Of a DNA stretch of 51,651 nucleotides, positions 39,751-47,561 are shown in pieces. The stretch spans positions 1-51,651 of the IMG/VR virus record IMGVR_UViG_3300030330_003470. One strand, written 5' to 3'. This stretch comes from a virus. Taxonomy: Duplodnaviria > Caudoviricetes. The translations under genes and the position numbers were made by a program. Numbering within the stretch: position 1 is the stretch's first letter; each line of letters opens with the position of its first letter. The notes below the pieces were generated by a model. It was not told the origin of the DNA and did no database searches. It was given only the letters and a program-made list of their open reading frames with translations.

Positions 39751-40119
39751 TTAATATAAACTCTTATAAAATAATGTAAAGCTAAATCCATAAATTACTC
39801 TTGCAACTATTACATGTAACAGCACAGGCCAAAAACTACAGTAGTTATACGCTAAGAAAAATATAGCAATAAATAAAAGTAGATTTCTTAGTAATTTAAA
39901 CAAATGCCAAGCATCAGTAATTCCTACAAAAAAGGTAGTGCTTCCCCAAAATTTTGGACCTGCGGCAGGTTCACCACCTTTATACTTATTTTTCCAAGAT
40001 ATAGCAGGATCCCAAAATTCTGAATTAAATTTACTAAATATACTTATTGAATAATGAAACTGTATTGTATCCATTACAGCTTCAGCAAGACCTGCAAGTG
40101 CTATAAATATAATATACAT
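39751..40119 (-). CDS. Membrane protein, 122 aa
   Basis: Several hydrophobic segments; SWKNKY and TDAWHLFK motifs. Confidence 0.7.
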   Translation of the reverse strand: MYIIFIALAGLAEAVMDTIQFHYSISIFSKFNSEFWDPAISWKNKYKGGEPAAGPKFWGSTTFFVGITDAWHLFKLLRNLLLFIAIFFLAYNYCSFWPVLLHVIVARVIYGFSFTLFYKSLY

Positions 40120-40325
40120 TATTTATTACTTTTTTTCCAGTGAAGTATTCCACCAATTAAAGCTCCTATAGATGCAATACCTACAACTATCTTTAAGTAC
40201 CAACTATCTAAATAATTTGTACACGTAATAAAATATACATATGCTATTGTCATACACAACGCAAAAAGTATTTGTATAATATCTAAAATTTTAAACGCTT
40301 TAGGCTTTTTGTTATTCAAACTCAT
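40119..40325 (-). CDS. Small 2-TM membrane protein, 68 aa
   Basis: Two hydrophobic segments. Confidence 0.6.
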   Translation of the reverse strand: MSLNNKKPKAFKILDIIQILFALCMTIAYVYFITCTNYLDSWYLKIVVGIASIGALIGGILHWKKSNK

Positions 40326-40337
40326 AATATTTAATTT

Positions 40338-40535
40338 TTAAAAAAGATAATTATAAAGACCGTATAAAATCAGAAAGGAACCAAAATATCCTATATAACC
40401 CATTAATCTACCCTCTTTATCTACATGACGTTCTTGAGTAACAGGATCAATAAAATCTTTTGTCAATGCCATAGACAGTATTGCTAAAATAAATGCAGCT
40501 ACAATAGCAACTGTGGTTACTAATAATTTAATCAT
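40338..40535 (-). CDS. Small 2-TM membrane protein, 65 aa
   Basis: Two hydrophobic segments. Confidence 0.6.
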   Translation of the reverse strand: MIKLLVTTVAIVAAFILAILSMALTKDFIDPVTQERHVDKEGRLMGYIGYFGSFLILYGLYNYLF

Positions 40536-40846
40536 AACTTTTCTATTCTTTTTTGTAAATATGCTAATGCTTTTTGTAATTCTTTTTTCTGTTTAGCTTT
40601 ATCCCCTTTTTTTGATTTTACTACATACTTAATTACATTACCTAAGTAGTAATCTTTGTCTAGATTCCAGGCTTCTATTACATTAGATACATCATAAGTA
40701 TTATCCTTTTCTGATCTAATATTTATATTATAGTCTGTTAATGAAGGCTTTACCTTTTCCTCAATTGGGCTTTTAGGAGTGTAATTATATGGAGTTTTAT
40801 CATGCATGTTATTATACCAGTCTTTTGTTGATTCCTTTATTCCCAT
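40532..40846 (-). CDS. DUF3310-like protein, 104 aa
   Basis: VIEAWNLDKDYYLGNVIKYV...ELQKALAYL. Confidence 0.7.
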   Translation of the reverse strand: MGIKESTKDWYNNMHDKTPYNYTPKSPIEEKVKPSLTDYNINIRSEKDNTYDVSNVIEAWNLDKDYYLGNVIKYVVKSKKGDKAKQKKELQKALAYLQKRIEKL

Positions 40847-41136
40847 ACCATTACAATATCATGAATTAACACCATCATTTTTAACTTACCGTCCATATCT
40901 ATAATCTCAGCATTATGAAGAGCACCAGTCCGAACATACACTTTATCCCCAGCCTTAAGATCATTAACTTCTGTACCTACAGCATAAACATTAAGATGAG
41001 TCCATTCTTTCATTAACTCTTTCTCTTGTTCTTTTTCCATGTCATCAGTAAGTATAAGATCTAACTTACCTTCTTCTTTCTTTTTCTCAGGCTTATCTAA
41101 CATAACCCTGTTTCCTCTCAATATAAATTTATTCAT
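40837..41136 (-). CDS. groES: GroES-like co-chaperonin, ~99 aa
   Basis: LRGNRVML...VYAVGTEVNDLKAGDKVYV...HDIVMV. Start moved to MNKFIL, downstream of the TATATTTG element. Confidence 0.75.
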   Translation of the reverse strand: MNKFILRGNRVMLDKPEKKKEEGKLDLILTDDMEKEQEKELMKEWTHLNVYAVGTEVNDLKAGDKVYVRTGALHNAEIIDMDGKLKMMVLIHDIVMVWE

Positions 41137-41168
41137 TTCTTTGTTGGTTTTGAACAAATATAGTAAAA

Positions 41169-41888
41169 TTAATTTAAAAGATTTATATGACCTATGATTT
41201 GCTTTTTATTACCCATTAGATCACTATATACTACGACATATACATATATCCCACTTAAATCATTACCTGACCAACCCTCTTCTAAACTGTATGTTTCAAA
41301 AACTACATTGTTCCACCTATCATAAATAATCCAATGAAAATCTACTATTCCATTTCCTATAGCTTTAATTACATCATTAGAGTTATCACCATTTGGTGTA
41401 AAAGCATTAGGTATGTAGAGAGACACATCACATTCTGGACCCATCTTAATATACCCACTGTAAACTTTGTAAGGTACATTACCCCCACATACACTAGATG
41501 AAAGAACAGACATGTCTAGATTTAACTCATCACAACTTTCTTTTGTGACACCTTGTACACAAAATGAACGTATACAAGATCCAGTAAAATCCCAGTCACC
41601 AGGAAAGAAACTAAAATACCACCCATTATCTAACCAGACCCAGTCACCCTCTGTATTAACAGAACAATTGGTAGGAGTATCTATAGGCATGATAGTATCC
41701 CATCCAGATCCTGGGATAACCACCATAGACTGAAGCATACACTCATGACCCCCGAACCAATCAGTTATCTCATAACACAAAGTAATAGTATCCCTAGAGT
41801 AGTAATACTCAGAATAAGGATCTGCAGAACCATTCTCTGTTTGACCAAAGCAAGTTAAAGGCACAATAAGTAGCAACAATCTTAGCAT
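41169..41888 (-). CDS. Secreted protein with type-B T9SS C-terminal sorting domain (gliding-motility-associated CTD)
   Basis: Signal peptide MLRLLLLIVPLTCFG/Q; C-terminal LYIPNAFTPNGDNSND...IYDRWNNVVFET...GWSG...GIYVYVV...GHINLLN. Confidence 0.85.
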   Translation of the reverse strand: MLRLLLLIVPLTCFGQTENGSADPYSEYYYSRDTITLCYEITDWFGGHECMLQSMVVIPGSGWDTIMPIDTPTNCSVNTEGDWVWLDNGWYFSFFPGDWDFTGSCIRSFCVQGVTKESCDELNLDMSVLSSSVCGGNVPYKVYSGYIKMGPECDVSLYIPNAFTPNGDNSNDVIKAIGNGIVDFHWIIYDRWNNVVFETYSLEEGWSGNDLSGIYVYVVVYSDLMGNKKQIIGHINLLN

Positions 41889-42055
41889 GTCTAAATATAT
41901 AAATTTACCCGTAAACAAAAAAATACTGTATTAGAGGTTTAGTAGGATCCTATATAACAAGACCCCACCCCTTGCCAGGTTTGGTGGTACCCCCCATTGA
42001 TTCTGGCTGGATGGTTGCATTTCTAGTAACAACACCCAGGGTATGTACTCAACAG

Positions 42056-42078
42056 AAACAACTTTATGCATATCTTAA
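42056..42078 (+). promoter_or_regulatory. Early-region 23-nt motif, copy 1 (putative phage promoter)
   Basis: aaacaactttatgcatatcttaa, 27 nt before the ATG at 42106. Confidence 0.65.
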
Positions 42079-42105
42079 CAAATTCTAAATTAAAATTTAA
42101 ATCTT

Positions 42106-42276
42106 ATGAAAAATGTACAAAGAGTGATGGTATTAGTATGCTTAGGTTATTCTATTCTAGTAATGTATTGTTGTATGTTCTGTGATATGCCTGATGCAAA
42201 TAGGTTAGGCTTCATTATATCTGCAGGAGTTATGGCACTTCTAGGTTGGATGATGGATAGAGAACTAAGACAGTAA
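42106..42276 (+). CDS. Small 2-TM membrane protein, 56 aa
   Basis: Below the track cutoff: MKNVQRVMVLVCLGYSILVMYCCMFCDMPDANRLGFIISAGVMALLGWMMDRELRQ, flanked by the motif and a terminator. Confidence 0.7.
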   Translation: MKNVQRVMVLVCLGYSILVMYCCMFCDMPDANRLGFIISAGVMALLGWMMDRELRQ

Positions 42277-42281
42277 AGTAT

Positions 42282-42306
42282 AGGAGGGTGCAATGCCCTC
42301 CTTTTT
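42282..42306 (+). terminator. Intrinsic terminator
   Basis: ggagggtg-caa-tgccctcc-ttttt. Confidence 0.85.
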
Positions 42307-42319
42307 ATTTACCATCACA

Positions 42320-42342
42320 AAACAACTTTGTGCATAGCTTAA
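42320..42342 (+). promoter_or_regulatory. Early-region 23-nt motif, copy 2
   Basis: aaacaactttgtgcatagcttaa, preceded by ccatcac. Confidence 0.65.
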
Positions 42343-42373
42343 ACAATTATTAATTAATTTAAATTTAAAGCTT

Positions 42374-42916
42374 ATGCATTATTATGGTTATGAATGGGAA
42401 AAGCAGGTTAGTATACTTGCTTCCCGAATTACATTACATCTTCAAACTGAAGTAGAGTTGCGCTTTTGTAACACAGCTGAAGTAAGACAACCAGGTGAAA
42501 AGAAGTCAGAGTATGTCTATGGGTTCATTTTACCAATGAAGTTTGACATTGATAAAGATGTCCTAGCTGACATGGTTAAAGATCTAAGATGTATTCATAT
42601 TAACAAAAGGTATTGGAGTTATGAAAATGCTTTTATAATATGTAGAGAACCTTGGGTATTACAAGAATGGTATGACATACACTATAAGGGTACTCTTGCT
42701 ACTGAGTATCTTAATAAAATTAGACAGATGGGAAAAGATGCTGGATATGGAGCTTGTCAATCTGGTTTAAACATGTTTGCCAGATCTCTTACAGATGAAG
42801 AGTGTATTGCTATCGAATATGAAGTAGAGCAAGATATGCTTGCTAAAGGCCATCTTGTAAAACATCTAGCAGTAGAAGATCCAGTAGAAGGGATTGACTA
42901 TATAGATTTTATTTAG
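42374..42916 (+). CDS. Hypothetical early protein, 180 aa
   Basis: ORF track; has its own motif and terminator. Confidence 0.75.
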   Translation: MHYYGYEWEKQVSILASRITLHLQTEVELRFCNTAEVRQPGEKKSEYVYGFILPMKFDIDKDVLADMVKDLRCIHINKRYWSYENAFIICREPWVLQEWYDIHYKGTLATEYLNKIRQMGKDAGYGACQSGLNMFARSLTDEECIAIEYEVEQDMLAKGHLVKHLAVEDPVEGIDYIDFI

Positions 42917-42920
42917 GTAT

Positions 42921-42944
42921 AAGGGGGAGAAATTCCCCCTTTTT
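42921..42944 (+). terminator. Intrinsic terminator
   Basis: ggggga-gaaat-tccccc-ttttt. Confidence 0.85.
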
Positions 42945-42962
42945 CCCATCACACCCAGGGGA

Positions 42963-42985
42963 AAACAGCTTTTTGCGTAGACTAA
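42963..42985 (+). promoter_or_regulatory. Early-region 23-nt motif, copy 3
   Basis: aaacagctttttgcgtagactaa, preceded by ccatcacacccaggg. Confidence 0.65.
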
Positions 42986-43022
42986 ACAATTTATTAATTA
43001 TTAATTATTTAAAACAATTATT

Positions 43023-43529
43023 ATGAACAATTTAAATTTTATGAGTGATCAACCAGTTGAACTAGTACAAGAATTCTATGAAAGCTTTGGCTATGAAGCC
43101 ACTGCTAGACAAGATGATGGTAGTACTGAAATGTTAAAGAACTGCACCTTTACCGCAAAATACTTTGCACCTGCTAAAGGATCAGGAGTTACTGAAGGTA
43201 CTGAACCAGATTGGAAAACTACTGACAATGGTAAGCAATACTGCATAGTTATGGGGTATGCTAAAGTTAAAGGTTTCCCAGAGTTGTCTGGCTTACACAA
43301 GTGTTTGTTGAATAAAGTATCATATGATAGTGGTGACTTTGAACTAGGTGTACTGTATTCAAGTATATCTAAGATTCCATTACTTGATGGTGATGGTAAC
43401 AGACACCCAGAGTTCAATGATATCTATTTCACTGTGTTTGAAAACAAAGCTACTAATAATGACATGTCAGATTTAGCTGCTGATAAGTTCAAGCAATGGA
43501 TGGCTCAAAGAAAGGCTGCTACAAAATAG
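43023..43529 (+). CDS. Hypothetical early protein, paralog A, 168 aa
   Basis: Clearly homologous to 43679..44185. Confidence 0.85.
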   Translation: MNNLNFMSDQPVELVQEFYESFGYEATARQDDGSTEMLKNCTFTAKYFAPAKGSGVTEGTEPDWKTTDNGKQYCIVMGYAKVKGFPELSGLHKCLLNKVSYDSGDFELGVLYSSISKIPLLDGDGNRHPEFNDIYFTVFENKATNNDMSDLAADKFKQWMAQRKAATK

Positions 43530-43535
43530 TAGTAC

Positions 43536-43566
43536 AATACCCTACAGAGATGTGGGGTATTTTTTT
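43536..43566 (+). terminator. Intrinsic terminator
   Basis: ataccctaca-gaga-tgtggggtat followed by a T run. Confidence 0.85.
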
Positions 43567-43634
43567 ACCATCACAAAACAGCACCTATTAGGCGGCTTGT
43601 TAAACAGCATGTAGTTTCTGCTACGGCTTTTTTT

Positions 43635-43657
43635 TAACAGCTTTTGGCATATCCTAA
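43635..43657 (+). promoter_or_regulatory. Early-region 23-nt motif, copy 4
   Basis: taacagcttttggcatatcctaa, 21 nt before the ATG at 43679. Confidence 0.6.
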
Positions 43658-43678
43658 TAATATTTAAATATTTTAATT

Positions 43679-44185
43679 ATGAATTTAAACCTTATGAATG
43701 ATGCATCTGTAGAAGATGTACAAGCGTTTTATGAATCCTTCAATTTTGAAGTTGAGTCAGGCCAAGACAAAGATGGTAATGCTACCACTGTAATGCAAAG
43801 AAATTGTTCTTTTAGAGCAACACACTTTACACCAGAGAGTGGTAATGAACCAGCTACTGAACCTTTTTGGAGAACTACTCCTAATGGTAAAGAGTATTGC
43901 CTTGTCATGGGTATTGCTAAAGTAAAGGGTTTTCCTGAAATATCAGAAGAGCCTAAAATTTGCATTCTTAACAAAACAAGTTATGATGCAGGAGACTTTG
44001 AATTAGATACCCTTTATAGTTCTATATGTAATATTCCTTTGCTTAATGCACAGGGAGAAAAGCATGAAGACTTTAATGACATTTACTTTACAGTATTTGA
44101 GAATCAAGCTACAAACAATGACATGTCTGACATGGCAGGTAGTAAGTTTGCTCAATGGATGGCAAGTAGAAAACAAGAGGCATAG
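43679..44185 (+). CDS. Hypothetical early protein, paralog B, 168 aa
   Basis: Homologous to 43023..43529. Confidence 0.85.
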   Translation: MNLNLMNDASVEDVQAFYESFNFEVESGQDKDGNATTVMQRNCSFRATHFTPESGNEPATEPFWRTTPNGKEYCLVMGIAKVKGFPEISEEPKICILNKTSYDAGDFELDTLYSSICNIPLLNAQGEKHEDFNDIYFTVFENQATNNDMSDMAGSKFAQWMASRKQEA

Positions 44186-44203
44186 TCTTATTGTAAGTAA
44201 TAT

Positions 44204-44238
44204 ACAGTGCTCTATTAATTTAGAGTACTGTTTTTTTA
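44204..44238 (+). terminator. Intrinsic terminator
   Basis: acagtgctcta-ttaatt-tagagtactgt followed by a T run. Confidence 0.8.
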
Positions 44239-44569
44239 CAATAACATTTGTTACTCGGTCTAACTAACTATAAAACTATATAATGTTTTAATCATAGTAC
44301 TATATAATATTATTTTTGACTGCAATTGATAGTAATGCAGTATAAATATCTAAACTATTAAAAGTATTTGCGGAAATACTTGTGTGTTTTAATCTTTTTA
44401 TGATAGTCATACTTACCTATATTTCATTGGTTGTATATTAGTTTCATAATTATACTATAGTATATAGTATTATAATATTTTATATAGCTAACTTTTGTCA
44501 TAATAGGTTAAGTTTTAATAGTTGTTTTTTATATATAGGATTAGTATACTCTCTATATAGAAGATTAAG

Positions 44570-45200
44570 CACAGAGTATCCCGCATTTAGCAAATAATAT
44601 CTATGTTGGGCTACACATCTCTTTGAATAGGGGTCAGTAGAATGATGGTGCTCGGAGACCAATGTAACACCAACCTGTTAGGTGATAGATATTATTAATA
44701 ACTGGGTGGAGTTTGAGTAAACCACTTGATAAATAGACTGCTCCAGATGGTACAGTGTATGTGCACAATGCACTGTACTAGTCTGTTTTAATTAGTACAT
44801 CAATTGTAAATAAGTTGTTGAGGGGTTTTGCTCACGTTGCACCCTATACACTTTACACTCAAGTAGTAATACTTGACGGGGTTATTGATGTCAAGCAAAG
44901 TTATTATCATTAAAGACATAGGAAGTTCCTTTATACTAGCTAAAAAAGAATTACTTCCCGTCTTTATTACACCAAAAAACGGTATCCTAGGGAAAGACCT
45001 GGGTTGAGGTAGCGCCTCTGGATGGTGGATTAAAACCAAAGTGTCAGTTCCTGTTTTAAACCTAAAACAGAGAAGACATGCTATTGTACAGAGTTTGAAA
45101 GTTAATCAGACAATTATACTGACCGTCTTACTGTGGTCTCTGTTGTGATAGTGTGTCGTGGGAGTTAAATGGCTGAAAATCCCGTTTTAGAGTAGGCCGA
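44570..45200 (+). ncRNA. Candidate large structured non-coding RNA (family unassigned; ends approximate)
   Basis: No credible ORF, richer in G+C than its flanks, and consecutive nested helices whose G-U pairs work only on the + strand (see findings). Confidence 0.6.
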
Positions 45201-45269
45201 GAGTAGAGAAGATATAAAGTGTTCCTTTTACACAACTAAAAGATATTACACTTCATCTTCTTTACTCTT
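45200..45269 (+). promoter_or_regulatory. Long imperfect leader hairpin upstream of the TerD-like gene
   Basis: agagtagagaagat...aagtg...tttta/taaaa...cactt..atcttctttactct, ending about 30 nt before the ATG. Confidence 0.6.
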
Positions 45270-45299
45270 ATTTTTTCACTTATTAATACTTATTGAATT

Positions 45300-47099
45300 A
45301 TGGCAAATTTTGCTGAACTTCGTTTATTTGGTCAAGCACTGAGAAAGACCAATGCTTCTGACACAGTTAACTCTGTACTTGTTAGAACTTGTGCATCTAA
45401 AGGATATGTTATGCGTATTGGATGTGATCCTGAAAGAGTAATGTCTTATATGCAGTCGTTACCAAACAATTATAATTCTACTTTCTATAAATCATTTAAT
45501 GATGTTATCAATAGAAGTGAAGAAGCATGGTGGGTAGACCAGTGTATGCATTATGCATCTACATATGGTACAGGTCATACAGGTACACCTTATGTTCCTA
45601 ATAATAATCCTAGTCTAATTAACTTTTCTGAATGTAAGGTTATTAATCCTATTACAATGGAAGAGCTTCATGATAAAATCCAAAATATGGCAGATTCAGG
45701 TATTGCTCTTAAGAATGATACTCTGAATGATATCTTCGAGTTAATTGAAGAGTTTGATATGTCATTTTGGACTGATAATATTAAGAACCGTGAGTTCTTG
45801 ATTAGATATCATATTGCAAAAGGTATACCTTTTAAGAATGTAATTGAATCATTACAAGCAATTAACTTTATCATTACTGGTAGCACTTGTATTGTTAAAA
45901 GTCATGATGCAATGAATGCATATAGTTGTTCTGGTTCTTGGGATAGGTTTTCTAATATCAAGGCATGTTTTTATTCACATTCTTTAGAAGAATGGGCAAG
46001 TATCTTCAATAGATACAAGCCATTGTTTCTTGCTTTGAGAAATAGTGAGTTGAGACCTATGATTAACAAGATATCAAAGCTGTCTAAAAAGCATCACGTT
46101 CCTACTGTTATGCCTATGAGTACAAAGTTCTTGACTCCTGAATATGTTAATGATGATAAGTTAACTTATCAGTCAAGACTTTGGTTACGTAATTATCAGG
46201 ATAGATCTTTATTTGAACTTGTAAAGTATTACAATGCTATACAAAAAAGAAGAACAGGAAAGTTTACTGACACAATTAATATCAGAAATGGTAAGAGTTG
46301 GGTTAAGAAAAGTTCTTGGGATCTTAATGAAGATAACTTGGATAAACTTAACAGTCAGGTTAGACGTTCAATATCTCATAAAATGAGAGAGAAATTACAA
46401 GGTAAAACTTTAAATCTCCCTTATGGCTTAGGTATTACTCTTCCTACATCAGAAAAGAATTTCATTGGTACATTACCTATTGGTTCTTATATTGATGTTA
46501 TGCCTCAAGATAATCTTATTGTTGGGATTTATTGGAAAGGCGAGGATGGTGCAAGAGATCTTGACTTGTCATTTACTGATATAGATGGTAAAATTGTTTC
46601 TTGGTGTAATTCATACACCGATGAAGGTAGTAACATTGTTTACTCAGGTGATATGACATCTGCTGATCCTGAAGCTTCAGAGTATTTATTGTTCCGTAAT
46701 GATATGCCTAATGGTATATTTATGTGTAACAATTATTCTGGTACATCAGAAGCAAAGTATACATTTATTGTTGCTAGACTTCCTGAAGGTAAGAGTCTTA
46801 ATACAAATCATATGGTAGATCCAGATGATATTATATTTCAGACTCCTATAGTAATGACAGGTAGGCAAATGTCTATGGCTATCCATATTGGTAGTAGATT
46901 TATTTTTACTAATAGAGCTACTGGAAATGGTAGAGTTGCTAGGGCAGGTATTACTACTACAGATCTAATTCAGAGTCAAATTGAGATGGCAGATATGTCA
47001 TTGACATTGAATGAATTTATAGATCATACCGAACTTGATGGTGAAGTAGTAGATCTAACTACTGATGACAAGTCAGCTTTAATTAGCTTATTGTCATAA
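45300..47099 (+). CDS. 599-aa protein with C-terminal TerD-like domain
   Basis: C-terminal GIYW...RDLDLS...YSGDMTSA...EY...NNYSG pattern resembles TerD-fold motifs. The N-terminal NSTFYKSF...QCMHYASTYG region is uncharacterised. Confidence 0.65.
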   Translation: MANFAELRLFGQALRKTNASDTVNSVLVRTCASKGYVMRIGCDPERVMSYMQSLPNNYNSTFYKSFNDVINRSEEAWWVDQCMHYASTYGTGHTGTPYVPNNNPSLINFSECKVINPITMEELHDKIQNMADSGIALKNDTLNDIFELIEEFDMSFWTDNIKNREFLIRYHIAKGIPFKNVIESLQAINFIITGSTCIVKSHDAMNAYSCSGSWDRFSNIKACFYSHSLEEWASIFNRYKPLFLALRNSELRPMINKISKLSKKHHVPTVMPMSTKFLTPEYVNDDKLTYQSRLWLRNYQDRSLFELVKYYNAIQKRRTGKFTDTINIRNGKSWVKKSSWDLNEDNLDKLNSQVRRSISHKMREKLQGKTLNLPYGLGITLPTSEKNFIGTLPIGSYIDVMPQDNLIVGIYWKGEDGARDLDLSFTDIDGKIVSWCNSYTDEGSNIVYSGDMTSADPEASEYLLFRNDMPNGIFMCNNYSGTSEAKYTFIVARLPEGKSLNTNHMVDPDDIIFQTPIVMTGRQMSMAIHIGSRFIFTNRATGNGRVARAGITTTDLIQSQIEMADMSLTLNEFIDHTELDGEVVDLTTDDKSALISLLS

Positions 47100-47106
47100 G
47101 ACTACT

Positions 47107-47134
47107 GAGCAGGATGTAATAGTCCTGCTCTTTT
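47107..47134 (+). terminator. Intrinsic terminator
   Basis: gagcaggat-gtaata-gtcctgctc-tttt. Confidence 0.8.
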
Positions 47135-47213
47135 AAGATAAGCGGAAGTTGGCAGTCATCTTCCCATGTAACAAAAACTGCCATTTTTTATTTATAATTT
47201 AAATTTTATTTAA

Positions 47214-47348
47214 ATGCAAGAAACAACTGTATATTACATATACATTAAAAATGGAAAGGAGTACTTTACTCCAAATCAAGATGTTGCTCATAAAAGAGCA
47301 GATGAAGGCACAGAAATTAAATTAAAAACAATTAGAAATATTATTTAA
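47214..47348 (+). CDS. Hypothetical protein, 44 aa
   Basis: Below the cutoff: MQETTVYYIYIKNGKEYFTPNQDVAHKRADEGTEIKLKTIRNII; AT-rich leader. Confidence 0.55.
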   Translation: MQETTVYYIYIKNGKEYFTPNQDVAHKRADEGTEIKLKTIRNII

Positions 47349-47360
47349 TACTAAAACGTT

Positions 47361-47561
47361 ATGATTGAAAATATGATTGAAGAAATTCAAGATTTACACT
47401 TAGCTGTACATCAAGAAGAATTACAAAAAGAGCAAATAACTGAAAGATATAACTGCAGACTTACTGTACTAAATTTAAAAGCAATTAGAAATAGATTGGT
47501 TTTATTACATCAGAGAATGATGATTCCACAGTATGGTTTTGCTAATTTTGATGAGTTATGA
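47361..47561 (+). CDS. Hypothetical protein, 66 aa
   Basis: ORF track. Confidence 0.6.
   Translation: MIENMIEEIQDLHLAVHQEELQKEQITERYNCRLTVLNLKAIRNRLVLLHQRMMIPQYGFANFDEL

Noticed and set aside
7391-41733. Plus-strand track ORFs in the late block (7391, 19687, 20712, 23591, 23751, 26257, 31087, 32736, 33185, 34005, 35032, 36564, 39421, 41512)
   Set aside because: Antisense to well-supported genes, with mirror-codon composition and no leaders.
42032-43657. Early-region repeats as a CRISPR array or integron attC sites
   Set aside because: The repeats are degenerate, separated by whole genes, lack attC inverted cores, and no integrase is present.
43091-45039. Track ORFs 43091..43417 (-), 43729..43974 (-), 44046..44267 (+) and 44800..45039 (-)
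   Set aside because: The first three are shadows of the paralog genes. The last has a non-ATG start and lies antisense to the structured region.
44980-45200. RNase P RNA, tmRNA, tRNA or group I/II intron identity for the structured region
   Set aside because: gggaaagacc only loosely recalls the RNase P GAGGAAAGUCC motif. I found no T-loop/CCA end, no group II domain V and no group I core elements. An Rfam scan is still needed.
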